From an uncultured Clostridia bacterium (GTDB taxonomy: Bacteria > Bacillota > Clostridia > TANB77 > CAG-508): DNA of 64,000 nucleotides. The first letter of the stretch is position 1; every line of letters starts with the position of its first letter. Shown here piece after piece: positions 1-10,139 of this stretch. The DNA lies in NCBI GenBank assembly GCA_947627295.1, contig CANQVJ010000001.1:200755-264754 (forward strand). The letters are read 5' to 3'. The notes below the pieces were generated by a model. That model was not told where the DNA came from and searched no databases. It was given only the letters and a program-made list of their open reading frames with translations. Position numbers and translations under genes: made by a program.

Positions 1-72
1 TATATGGAACAAGTATTACAGAAACATGTAATGTAAAAGCATCTGAAATACAATTTAATAAATTTAAGATAA

Positions 73-669
73 ATGATAAAATTATATTTTTTGAATACTT
101 TCCCCGGATATTATGCAATAACATATCTACCAGAAAAACTAAAGAGCTTGGATAAAACATTAAACAAAAACAATGCATATACACCAACCTTAAAAGATAT
201 AAAAGGGTTTGAGGATTTCAGAGCAGATGTAACATTATATGATAATTATCTATTAATAGGATTAATAGTTATATTAATTGTGCATAGCATTAGAATGTGG
301 TTAGTAACACAGAGTGTGCAAATATTTACTTTAAATATAACAATACCAGTAGGAATAGCTGTAATAATATATGCATTTTTCATAGCACCAAGATATCCAT
401 TTAAAATAAGTGAAATTGAAAATTGTTCTAAAGGTATAGTATTAGAAAAGAAAATGGCAAGCAAAAATGCAATAAGGCAAAATTATTATGGAAAAAAATA
501 TTATTTCTTAAAAGTACTAGATTTAATAAATGGATATGAATATGAAAATGTTAGAGTTTTAAAAGATGCTTATGAACAATTAAATAATGGAGATAATGTT
601 ATATGTTTTGATTATAAAAGAGAATCAATGCTACTTAGTGGTAAAGCCGCAATAATAGATAAAAATTAA
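73..669 (+). CDS. hypothetical membrane protein (2 predicted TM helices)
   Basis: 198-aa ORF with two hydrophobic stretches; no family recognised. Confidence 0.4.
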   Translation: MIKLYFLNTFPGYYAITYLPEKLKSLDKTLNKNNAYTPTLKDIKGFEDFRADVTLYDNYLLIGLIVILIVHSIRMWLVTQSVQIFTLNITIPVGIAVIIYAFFIAPRYPFKISEIENCSKGIVLEKKMASKNAIRQNYYGKKYYFLKVLDLINGYEYENVRVLKDAYEQLNNGDNVICFDYKRESMLLSGKAAIIDKN

Positions 670-681
670 TTGAGGTGGAAT

Positions 682-1473
682 ATGGAAAAATATTTGGAAT
701 TAATAGAAAGAGAAGATTTAACTAAGGAAGAATTTATGCCAATTTGGAAAGAGTTTAAACAAGACCTTAATTTAGGAAAAGTTAGAGTTGCAAATAAAAT
801 AAATGAAGAGTGGAAAGTAAATAAATGGGTAAAGCAATTTATTTTACTTGGATTTAAATATGGAGAAATAGTGGAATTTGAGGATAGCACTATTGATAAA
901 GACACAATGGGAGAAAGAAAGGTTGAACTTTCTGAAAAAGTTAGAAAAGCATCAAAACTTGTTTCTATAAGGGACGGCGTTTATCTTGCTGAGGGTGTAA
1001 CATTTATGCCACCAAGTTATGCAAATATTGGTGCATATATAGATAAAGGGTCAATGGTCGATTCTTTAGCACTTGTTGGCTCTTGTGCACAAATAGGGAA
1101 AAATGTCCATATAGGAGCAGGAGTTATAATTGGTGGAGTATTAGAACCAGTTGGAGCATACCCTGTAATTATTGAGGATAATGTGTTTATAGGGGCTGGG
1201 TCTCAGGTTACTGAAGGAACAATTGTAAAAGAAAATGCCATAATAGGTGCAGGAGTTACAATTACAAGAAGTACACCTGTTTATGATAATGTAAATGGAG
1301 TTATAATTACACCAAATGAAAACGGACAAATTGTTATACCTGAAGATGCGGTTGTAATACCGGGAACAAGGAATTTGAAATCTAAATTTGAAGATGTAGT
1401 GCTTTCTAAAAATGTGCCAATTATAATAAAATATGGAAGCAAAGTAGAACTTGAAGATTTATTAAGACCATAA
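682..1473 (+). CDS. dapD: 2,3,4,5-tetrahydropyridine-2,6-dicarboxylate N-acyltransferase (DapD/DapH-type hexapeptide-repeat transferase)
   Basis: Left-handed beta-helix hexapeptide repeats (IGAGVIIGGVLEP, VFIGAGSQV). ATG at 682 preceded by GAGGTGG. The track's TTG at 670 is a less likely start. An M20 deacylase gene follows. Confidence 0.6.
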   Translation: MEKYLELIEREDLTKEEFMPIWKEFKQDLNLGKVRVANKINEEWKVNKWVKQFILLGFKYGEIVEFEDSTIDKDTMGERKVELSEKVRKASKLVSIRDGVYLAEGVTFMPPSYANIGAYIDKGSMVDSLALVGSCAQIGKNVHIGAGVIIGGVLEPVGAYPVIIEDNVFIGAGSQVTEGTIVKENAIIGAGVTITRSTPVYDNVNGVIITPNENGQIVIPEDAVVIPGTRNLKSKFEDVVLSKNVPIIIKYGSKVELEDLLRP

Positions 1474-1487
1474 AAGAGGTAAAGAAT

Positions 1488-2615
1488 ATGAAGATTGAAA
1501 ATTGTGTAAAAGAACTTGAAAATCAAATGAAAATAGATAAAGAGTTTTTTTGGAGTAATCCAGAAGCGGGCTTAAAAGAAATAAAAACTTCTGAGTACAT
1601 AGTAAAAAGGCTAAAAGAAATGGGTTATACAAATATAAATACCAATGTTTATGCAACAGGAATAGTTGCAACATTGGAAGGAAACAACCCGTTGGAAAAA
1701 TGCATATTGTTTAGAAGTGATATAGATGCAGTTGTTATGGATGAAACAGGCAGATGTAAACACACATGTGGGCATGATGCACATATGACAATTTTACTTT
1801 CACTTGCACAAATTTTAATGAATAATAAAGATAAAATAAATGGAACTATAAAGCTCTTATTCCAACCTGATGAAGAAGGCAGCGGCGGAGCAAAACAAAT
1901 GATAGAAAATGGGGTGTTAGAAAATCCTAAAGTTGATAAAGCTTTTGCAATACATGTTTGGAGTGAACTTAAAGAGGACCAAATTTGTATTAAACCAGGA
2001 GCACTTATGGCTTCAACAGACCCTTTTGAGATTACTGTTTATGGAAAAGGTGGCCATGCAGGGATGCCTGAAAAATGTGTGGATACAATTTATATAGCAA
2101 ATGAAATAGGAAAAGCTGTTAAAGAAATGGCTATTTTAGATAAAGAAGAAAAGGTTGTTCTTGGAATAACTGCAATTAATGCAGGAAATAACAACAATGT
2201 AATTCCTGATAAAGCATATATGAAAGGTATTTGTAGAACTTTTAATAATGATACAAGAAAAATAAAAAAGCAGAAGCTAGTTCAAAAGGTTGAAGATATA
2301 GCATCTAAATTAGGCGGAAGAGCTGAACTTAATTTTATTGGAAATTATCCAGCAACAATTAATTCTGAAAAAGAAGCTAAAGAAGTTGAAAGTGTTGCAA
2401 AAAATATTGTAGCAGAAATAGTAACAGATTACACTACAATGTGTGCAGAAGATTTTTCATATTTTCTAGAAAAAGTACCTGGTGCAATGATTTTAGTAGG
2501 ATGCCAGCAAAATGAATATTTTCCACAACATAATGAAAATTTCACAGTTGGAATTAATCCAATTTTAATTGGAACACAATTATTTTTAGATATAACAAAA
2601 AAGTATATGATGTAA
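1488..2615 (+). CDS. M20 family amidohydrolase, probable N-acyl-LL-diaminopimelate deacylase
   Basis: M20 peptidase metal-binding motifs (HDAHM, DEEGSGGAKQ). Sits directly downstream of the dapD-like gene. Confidence 0.7.
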   Translation: MKIENCVKELENQMKIDKEFFWSNPEAGLKEIKTSEYIVKRLKEMGYTNINTNVYATGIVATLEGNNPLEKCILFRSDIDAVVMDETGRCKHTCGHDAHMTILLSLAQILMNNKDKINGTIKLLFQPDEEGSGGAKQMIENGVLENPKVDKAFAIHVWSELKEDQICIKPGALMASTDPFEITVYGKGGHAGMPEKCVDTIYIANEIGKAVKEMAILDKEEKVVLGITAINAGNNNNVIPDKAYMKGICRTFNNDTRKIKKQKLVQKVEDIASKLGGRAELNFIGNYPATINSEKEAKEVESVAKNIVAEIVTDYTTMCAEDFSYFLEKVPGAMILVGCQQNEYFPQHNENFTVGINPILIGTQLFLDITKKYMM

Positions 2616-2643
2616 GTCATATGCTTTTTTTTTAAAACGAAAG

Positions 2644-2674
2644 CCTCTGAGAGACTTGCGAGTTCTCTCAGAGG
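2644..2674. terminator. GC-rich hairpin; probable bidirectional intrinsic terminator
   Basis: cctctgagaga-N8-ttctctcagagg inverted repeat, flanked by a T-run on the + side and a T-rich tract on the - side. Confidence 0.5.
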
Positions 2675-2685
2675 TGAAACATATG

Positions 2686-2847
2686 TCATTTATGTTTGTA
2701 TTCTCTTTCTTCGACTCTCTTCGTCGTATCATCCGTTACGATAAAGAAGTCGTACCATCTTCTGTAACCTTTCGGTACAGAGTAATAGTTTAAGACAGAT
2801 AAAATACCAACATGAATAACAACTAAAGCAATTAATCCTGTAATCAT
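2686..2847 (-). CDS. possible small hydrophobic protein (53 aa, one TM helix and a charged tail); resembles a type I toxin
   Basis: Hand-translated ORF MITGLIALVVIHVGILSVLNYYSVPKGYRRWYDFFIVTDDTTKRVEEREYKHK. Too short for the 60-aa ORF track. No clear SD sequence. Confidence 0.2.
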   Translation of the reverse strand: MITGLIALVVIHVGILSVLNYYSVPKGYRRWYDFFIVTDDTTKRVEEREYKHK

Positions 2848-3095
2848 TTTGTTTCAAAAAGTGTGAGCATATTTAAGCAAATTAGTCAGGTTTGCATACA
2901 CTCACCATAGAAGTAATAACTTCTACCTTCTCCCTAAAAATTTAGCCATTTGACTATTTTGGCTAAATATATTATACCATATTTTTCAAAAAAAATCAAT
3001 ATAAAACCGGTAGACAAGCGGGTTTTACTATTGCACATAATGTCGTTTTGTGATAGAATATGTATAGTTTTTTTAATAAGGGAGATTAGTTAGTA

Positions 3096-5922
3096 ATGGA
3101 CAATAAAATTGTAATTAAAGGCGCAAAAGAACATAATTTAAAAAATATAAATTTAGAAATACCAAGGGATAAACTTGTTGTGGTAACAGGACTTTCGGGG
3201 TCTGGTAAGTCGTCTTTAGCATTTGATACACTTTATGCAGAAGGTCAAAGAAGATATGTGGAGAGTCTTTCTTCATATGCAAGGCAATTCTTAGGAATTA
3301 TGGAAAAGCCAAATGTTGAATCAATAGAAGGGCTTTCTCCAGCTATTTCAATCGACCAAAAGACCACCTCTAAAAACCCGCGTTCAACTGTTGGAACAGT
3401 TACAGAAATATATGATTATATTCGTTTGCTATATGCAAGAATTGGAATTCCATACTGTCCAAACTGTGGTAAAAAAATAGAGAAACAATCAATAGATCAA
3501 ATTATAGATAATATTTTAGAATTAAAAGAAGGAACAAGAATACAAGTACTTGCTCCTGTTGTTCGTGCAAGAAAGGGAGAGTTTGTAAAACAAATTGAAG
3601 GTTACCAAAAAGAAGGTTTTGTAAGAGCCAAAATTGACGGAGAGGTATATGAACTTTCAGACGATATTGAACTTGATAGAAAGAAAAAACATAATATTGA
3701 TTTGGTTGTAGATAGATTGGTTATCAAGCCAGAAATAAGAAGCAGGCTTACAGAATCTGTAGAAACAGCTCTAAAACATGCAAACAACATTGTAACAATT
3801 GATATTGTTGGAAAGGAAGAAAAAATATATAGTTGCAACTATGCTTGCCCAGACTGTGGATTTAGTTTTCCTGAAATAACACCAAGGATGTTTTCATTTA
3901 ATAACCCATTTGGTGCATGCCCAAGTTGTTTGGGAATAGGTTATTTAATGAAAATGGACGAAGACCTTATCATACCAGATAAAAATAAAACTCTATATGA
4001 CGGCGTAAAAGCATTTGGTTCAAGTACTATGAAGCGTGGAGACACTATGGCAAAGATGTATTTTGAAAGTATAGGCAGGCACTATGGGGTCGATATAAAA
4101 GTACCAATTAAAAAGTTGCCACGCAAATTCTTAGAGAAAATTCTATATGGTACAGGTGATGAAGAAATAGATTTTGAATATAGTTCATATGCGGGTGTTA
4201 GAAAGTTTACAGCACCTTTTGAAGGAGTTTTGCCAACACTTGAAAGAAGGCATAGTGAAACAAAATCTCAAGGGATGAGGGATTTCTATGAAATGTATAT
4301 GAGTAATTCTCATTGCCCAACCTGTAATGGAGCAAGGTTGAAAAAGGAAGTTCTATCAATTAAAATTGGTGGCAAAAATATAAATCAGTTGACAGATATG
4401 TCGATAAATAAAATACAAGAATTTTTAAGAAATTTAAAATTAAATAAAACACAGCAAATGATTGCAGAAATGATATTAAAAGAGTTAGATAAGAGATTGC
4501 AATTCTTAATGGATGTTGGGTTAGAATATTTAACACTTTCTAGGAGTGCCGGAACCCTTTCAGGTGGAGAGGCTCAGAGAATTCGTTTGGCAACACAAAT
4601 AGGGTCTGGTCTAACAGGAGTTCTATATATTTTAGACGAGCCAAGTATTGGTTTACATCAAAGAGATAATAGTAAATTACTTGCAACTCTTAAAAAACTA
4701 AGGGACCTTGGAAACACTTTAATTGTTGTTGAACACGACGAAGACACCATGTATGCGGCTGACCAGATAATAGATATTGGTCCAGGGGCTGGCGCACACG
4801 GCGGAAAGGTTATGGCACAGGGGACTGCAGAAGAAATTAAAAAAGTGGAAAATTCAATTACAGGAAAATACCTTAGTGGTAAAAAGAAAATAAAGGTTCC
4901 AAAGAAGAGAAGAAAATTTGTTAAATCAAAGGTAATAGAAGTTCAAGGAGCTTGTGAAAACAATCTAAAAAATATAAATGTATCATTTCCATTAGGATTG
5001 TTTACATGCGTTACAGGAGTTTCGGGGTCTGGCAAGTCGACTTTAGTAAATGAAGTTTTATATAAATCAATTGCAAAAGAGTTAAATAGAGCAAACGAAA
5101 AGCCTGGCAAATGCAAGGGTGTAAAAGGATTAAAAAATATAGATAAAATAATAAATATTGACCAATCTCCAATAGGTAGAACACCACGCTCTAACCCTGC
5201 AACATATACAGGAGTATTTGATAGCATTAGAGATATTTTTGCTGCAACTGAAGAAGCAAAAATGAGAGGATATAAAAAAGGAAGGTTCAGCTTTAATGTA
5301 CCAGGTGGAAGGTGTGAAAGCTGTAAAGGAGACGGAGTTCACAAAATTGAAATGCACTTTTTGCCAGATGTATATGTACCATGCGAAGTCTGTAAGGGCA
5401 AGAGATATAACCATGAAACTTTGGAAGTAAAATATAAAGGAAAAAATATTGCTGATGTGCTTGATATGACTGTTGAAGAAGCTTTAGAATTTTTTGATAA
5501 AATACCAAGAATAAAACAAAAAATTCAAACATTATACGATGTGGGGCTTGGTTATATAAAACTAGGGCAACCTTCAACAACTCTTTCAGGGGGCGAAGCA
5601 CAGCGTGTGAAACTTGCAACAGAACTTTCAAAAAGAGCAACAGGAAAAACTTTGTATATCTTAGACGAACCAACAACAGGTCTTCACATTGCAGATGTTC
5701 ATAAACTTATAAAAATTTTGCAAAGGCTTGTGGATACAGGAAATAGCATAATTGTAATAGAACATAATTTGGATTTAATAAAAACAGCAGATTATATTGT
5801 TGATTTGGGTCCAGAAGGTGGAGATGCACGGTGGTGAAGTTGTTGCCGTTGGCAGTCCAGAAGAGATTTGCAAAAATGAAAAATCATATACAGGTAAATT
5901 TTTAAAAAAATACCTAATATAA
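3096..5922 (+). CDS. uvrA: excinuclease ABC subunit UvrA; in-frame CGG at 5829-5831 followed by a +1 continuation
   Basis: Walker A motifs and ABC signature motifs. The 0 frame stops at 5837 (..GPEGGDARW*). The +1 frame gives the conserved C-terminus [30 protein letters not shown], with a stop at 5920-5922. Confidence 0.9.
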
Positions 5923-5954
5923 ACATAGCTTTTTAAAAGGTGTTATGATATAAT
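5920..5954 (+). promoter_or_regulatory. putative sigma-A promoter with extended -10 (TGnTATAAT) for the hydrogenase operon
   Basis: TG at 5946-5947 and TATAAT at 5949-5954; weak -35; RBS GGGAGGAG downstream. Confidence 0.4.
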
Positions 5955-5979
5955 AATTTTGAATAGGGAGGAGAAAAAA

Positions 5980-6468
5980 ATGAAGTGTAATGAACAAGTT
6001 CAAGAAAAATTTTTAAACGAAGAAATATTTACCGTATATAAGCAAGACAAAGATAATTTAATTCAAATTTTAAATGAAGTACAAGAACATTTTGGATATA
6101 TTCCAAAATACACCCAAAAGAGGCTTTCAGAATTTTTAAATATGCCAATGGCAGAAATATATGGTGTAATAACATTTTATTCAAGATTTACATTGGAGCC
6201 AAAAGGAAAATACACAATTTCTGTATGCCTTGGAACAGCATGTTTCGTAAAAGGTTCACAAAAAATATTGGATAGATTAAAAGAAAGATTAAAAATCGAA
6301 CCTGGCCAAACAACTGCAGACGGTAAATATTCACTTGATGAAACAAGATGTGTTGGTGCATGTGGATTAGCGCCTGTATTTACAGTAAATGGCGAAGTTT
6401 ATGGAAAGGCAACAGTACAAAAAATAGATCAAGTTCTTGACGAACTAGAAGGGAGGGAATCTAAATGA
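5980..6468 (+). CDS. nuoE: NuoE-like [2Fe-2S] thioredoxin-like ferredoxin subunit of trimeric [FeFe]-hydrogenase
   Basis: NuoE-family cysteine pattern (CLGTACFVKG ... CVGACGLAP). ATG at 5980 after AGGGAGGAG. The track ORF starts at 5959. Confidence 0.85.
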   Translation: MKCNEQVQEKFLNEEIFTVYKQDKDNLIQILNEVQEHFGYIPKYTQKRLSEFLNMPMAEIYGVITFYSRFTLEPKGKYTISVCLGTACFVKGSQKILDRLKERLKIEPGQTTADGKYSLDETRCVGACGLAPVFTVNGEVYGKATVQKIDQVLDELEGRESK

Positions 6469-8321
6469 AAACATTAGAAGAAATCCGTAAGATTAGAGAG
6501 TCAAAGAAAAAGGAACTAGAATTGCGTGTTAATACAAAGGCTGATACTAGAGAAAAACATATTTTAGTATGCCATGGAACTGGTTGTACATCTTCAAAAT
6601 CAAATGTGATTTTGGAAAATTTCAAAAATATAATAAAAGAAAGAAATATAGAAAATGTTAGAGTAATCAAAACAGGTTGTTTTGGACTATGTGCAAAAGG
6701 TCCAATAGTTATAATTAGACCTGAAGATACATTTTACGCAATGGTAACACCTGATGATTGTGAAGAAATTATTGAAACACATATTGTTCAAGGAAAAACT
6801 GTTGATAGACTTCTTTGTAAAGATATAGACGGAAGTATTGTAAACAGATTGGACGACCTTAATTTCTATAAAAAGCAAAAGAGAATTGCACTTAAAAATT
6901 GTGGTGTCATAAACCCTGAAGATATAGACGAATATATTGCTTTTGACGGTTACCTTGCATTAGAAAAAGTTTTAAAAGAGCAATCAAGGGATGAAGTTAT
7001 TGAAACTGTTTCTAAATCTGGCTTAAGAGGACGCGGTGGTGCCGGTTTCCCAACAGGTAAGAAATGGGAGCTTACAAAAGCAGTTGAAGGTGAACAAAAA
7101 TATGTAGTTTGTAATGCAGACGAAGGCGACCCAGGCGCATTTATGGACAGGAGCATCTTAGAGGGAGACCCACATTGTGTATTAGAAGCTATGGCAATAG
7201 CAGGATATGCAATTGGTGCAAATAAAGGATACATATATGTTAGAGCAGAATATCCAATTGCAGTACAGAGATTAAAAATTGCAATTAATCAAGCAAGAGA
7301 ATATGGATTACTTGGAAAAAATATTTTTGATACAGGATTTGATTTTGATATAGACATAAGGCTAGGGGCTGGTGCCTTCGTTTGTGGAGAAGAAACAGCT
7401 TTGCTTGAATCAATAGAAGGTAAACGCGGTCAACCTAGAATAAAACCACCATATCCAGCAGCTTCAGGATTATGGGGCAAACCAACACTTATAAATAATG
7501 TTGAAACATATGCAAATATTACAAAAATCATATTAAATGGTGCTGATTGGTATTCTTCAATTGGTACAGAAAATTCAAAGGGTACAAAGGTATTTGCACT
7601 TGGTGGAAATGTAAACAATATTGGACTTGTGGAAGTTCCAATGGGTACAACTTTAAGAGAAATTGTATATGATATAGGTGGTGGAATACCAAATGGTAGA
7701 GACTTCAAAGCAGCTCAAACAGGTGGACCTTCAGGTGGATGTATTCCAAAAGAACACTTAGATACACCAATTGATTATGAATCACTTAAGGAAATTGGCT
7801 CAATGATGGGGTCTGGTGGTATGATTATTATGGATGATACAAAATGCATGGTCAATTTAGCAAGATTCTATTTAGAGTTTACTGTTAGTGAAAGTTGTGG
7901 AAAGTGCACACCTTGTAGAATTGGAACGAAGAGGATGCTTGAAATTTTGGAAAGACTTTGTGAAGGTAAGGGCGAAGAAGAAGATTTAGAAAAATTAGAT
8001 AAGCTTGCTCATATGATTATAAAATCAAGTGTTTGCGGGCTTGGTCAAACTGCTCCAAACCCAGTAATTAGCGTAATGAGGTATTTTAACGAAGAATTTA
8101 AAGAACATGCAATTGATAAACATTGTAGAACATCAGAATGTAAGGCAATTTCTAAAATTACAATTAATAGCGAACTTTGCAAAGGTTGTGGCTTATGTCA
8201 AAAGAGTTGCCCAGTTAATGCAATTGAAGGAGAGGCAAGAGAAGTTCGTAAAATAAATCAAGAAAAATGTATAAAATGTGGCACATGCCTAAGCAAATGC
8301 CCATTCAAGGCTATTAGTTAG
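6465..8321 (+). CDS. nuoF: NuoF-like NAD(P)H-binding FMN and Fe-S subunit of trimeric [FeFe]-hydrogenase
   Basis: GRGGAGFPTGKKW FMN/NADH motif; N-terminal thioredoxin-like domain; C-terminal 4Fe-4S ferredoxin cysteine clusters. Confidence 0.9.
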   Translation: MKTLEEIRKIRESKKKELELRVNTKADTREKHILVCHGTGCTSSKSNVILENFKNIIKERNIENVRVIKTGCFGLCAKGPIVIIRPEDTFYAMVTPDDCEEIIETHIVQGKTVDRLLCKDIDGSIVNRLDDLNFYKKQKRIALKNCGVINPEDIDEYIAFDGYLALEKVLKEQSRDEVIETVSKSGLRGRGGAGFPTGKKWELTKAVEGEQKYVVCNADEGDPGAFMDRSILEGDPHCVLEAMAIAGYAIGANKGYIYVRAEYPIAVQRLKIAINQAREYGLLGKNIFDTGFDFDIDIRLGAGAFVCGEETALLESIEGKRGQPRIKPPYPAASGLWGKPTLINNVETYANITKIILNGADWYSSIGTENSKGTKVFALGGNVNNIGLVEVPMGTTLREIVYDIGGGIPNGRDFKAAQTGGPSGGCIPKEHLDTPIDYESLKEIGSMMGSGGMIIMDDTKCMVNLARFYLEFTVSESCGKCTPCRIGTKRMLEILERLCEGKGEEEDLEKLDKLAHMIIKSSVCGLGQTAPNPVISVMRYFNEEFKEHAIDKHCRTSECKAISKITINSELCKGCGLCQKSCPVNAIEGEAREVRKINQEKCIKCGTCLSKCPFKAIS

Positions 8322-8333
8322 GAGGGAATTTAA

Positions 8334-10088
8334 ATGGAAAAAGTAAAATTAACCATAGACAACAAAGAAGTTGAAATTGAAAAAAATGCAACTGTCTTAC
8401 AAGCTGCTAAAAAAGCAGGAATAGATATTCCAACATTGTGCTACCTAAAAGAAATAAACGAAGTAGGAGATTGCAGAATGTGCCTAGTTGAAATCGAAGG
8501 AAGGCGCGGGTTTACTGCTTCGTGTATCCAAAAAGTTGAAGAAGGGATGAAGGTAAGAACAAATACTCCAGAAGTTATGGAAGCAAGAAGGATGATGCTT
8601 GACCTAATTTTATCAAACCACCCTCAAGATTGTTTAACTTGTGTGCGTTCAGGAAATTGTGAATTGCAAAGTTTAGCAAATCAATACAATATAAACGAAA
8701 TTCAATATAAGGGTGAAAGAATAGAACATGAAATTGACGACCTTTCTCCTTCAATTGTTAGAGATACAAATAAATGCATATTATGTAGAAGATGTATTTC
8801 AACATGTAAAAATGTTCAAAAAATAGGAGCAATTGATTGTGTAAATAGAGGATTTGAATCTTGTATTTCAACAGTTGGAAATGAAAGTTTAAATAATGTA
8901 AACTGTACATTTTGTGGACAATGTATAAAAGCTTGTCCAACAGGAGCACTTCATGAAAAAGAAGAAATAGATAATGTTTGGGAAAAACTAAGAGATGAAG
9001 ATACAATTGTAATTGCTCAAACTGCTCCAGCTGTTCGTGCTGGAATTGGCGAAGAATTTGGTATGCCAATTGGAACAAATGCAGTAGGCAAAATGGTAGC
9101 TTCACTAAAAAGACTTGGCTTTGATAAAGTTTTTGATACAAACACAGGTGCTGATTTCACAATAATGGAAGAAGCAACAGAGTTTGTAGATAGATTTACA
9201 AAAGAGGACAATTTGCCAATGATTACATCTTGTTCTCCAGGTTGGGTAAGGTTTATAGAAAAATATTATCCAGATATGTTAAATCACCTATCAAGTTGTA
9301 AATCACCACATCAAATGTTTGGAGCAATTATAAAATCATATTATGCTAAAAAAGAAGGAATCGACCCTAGCAAAATTTATGTTGTTTCAGTTATGCCATG
9401 TATTGCAAAAAAATATGAAAAGGACCGTCCAGAAATGGAAGTTGACGGTATTCGTGATGTGGATGCAGTTATTACAACTCGTGAATTAGCTAAAATGGTA
9501 AAACAAGCAAATATAGATTTTGTAAATATTGAAGATAGTGAATTTGATAGCCCTATGGGAGAAGCTACAGGAGCAGGAGCTATATTTGGAACAACAGGTG
9601 GAGTTATGGAAGCAGCACTTCGTACAGCTCAAGAATTAATTACAGGAAAAGAACTTGAAAAAATAGATTTTGAAAGTGTTAGAGGAGAAAAAGGAATAAA
9701 AAGAGCAGAAGTTGAGATTGCAGGAAAAACTATTAAAGTTGTTGTAGCACACGGCTTAGGAAATGCTCGTACAGTACTTGACGAAATGAAAGAAGGAAAA
9801 GTTGATTATCAATTTGTTGAAATAATGGCTTGCCCTGGTGGATGCATAATGGGTGGTGGTCAACCAATAAAGAGTTCAAAAACTCGCTCAGAGGTTGATG
9901 TCCGCAAACTTCGTGCTAAAGCCCTATACACAATTGACGAAAAAAGCACAATAAGAAAATCACATGAAAATCCTATGTTGAAAAAGATTTATAAAGATTA
10001 TATAGGAGAGCCAGGTGGAGAATTAGCAGAAAAATTGCTACATACAACATATTCGGCAAAACCAAAATATGATATAGGTAACGAATAA
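8334..10088 (+). CDS. hydA: [FeFe]-hydrogenase catalytic subunit
   Basis: N-terminal 2Fe-2S domain and ferredoxin cysteine clusters. H-cluster motifs TSCSPGW, MPCIAKKYE and EIMACPGGCIMGGGQP. Confidence 0.92.
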   Translation: MEKVKLTIDNKEVEIEKNATVLQAAKKAGIDIPTLCYLKEINEVGDCRMCLVEIEGRRGFTASCIQKVEEGMKVRTNTPEVMEARRMMLDLILSNHPQDCLTCVRSGNCELQSLANQYNINEIQYKGERIEHEIDDLSPSIVRDTNKCILCRRCISTCKNVQKIGAIDCVNRGFESCISTVGNESLNNVNCTFCGQCIKACPTGALHEKEEIDNVWEKLRDEDTIVIAQTAPAVRAGIGEEFGMPIGTNAVGKMVASLKRLGFDKVFDTNTGADFTIMEEATEFVDRFTKEDNLPMITSCSPGWVRFIEKYYPDMLNHLSSCKSPHQMFGAIIKSYYAKKEGIDPSKIYVVSVMPCIAKKYEKDRPEMEVDGIRDVDAVITTRELAKMVKQANIDFVNIEDSEFDSPMGEATGAGAIFGTTGGVMEAALRTAQELITGKELEKIDFESVRGEKGIKRAEVEIAGKTIKVVVAHGLGNARTVLDEMKEGKVDYQFVEIMACPGGCIMGGGQPIKSSKTRSEVDVRKLRAKALYTIDEKSTIRKSHENPMLKKIYKDYIGEPGGELAEKLLHTTYSAKPKYDIGNE

Positions 10089-10139
10089 AACCCAAGGGGG
10101 TATGCATACAATAAGAATAGGAAAGAAGGGATTGTAAAT

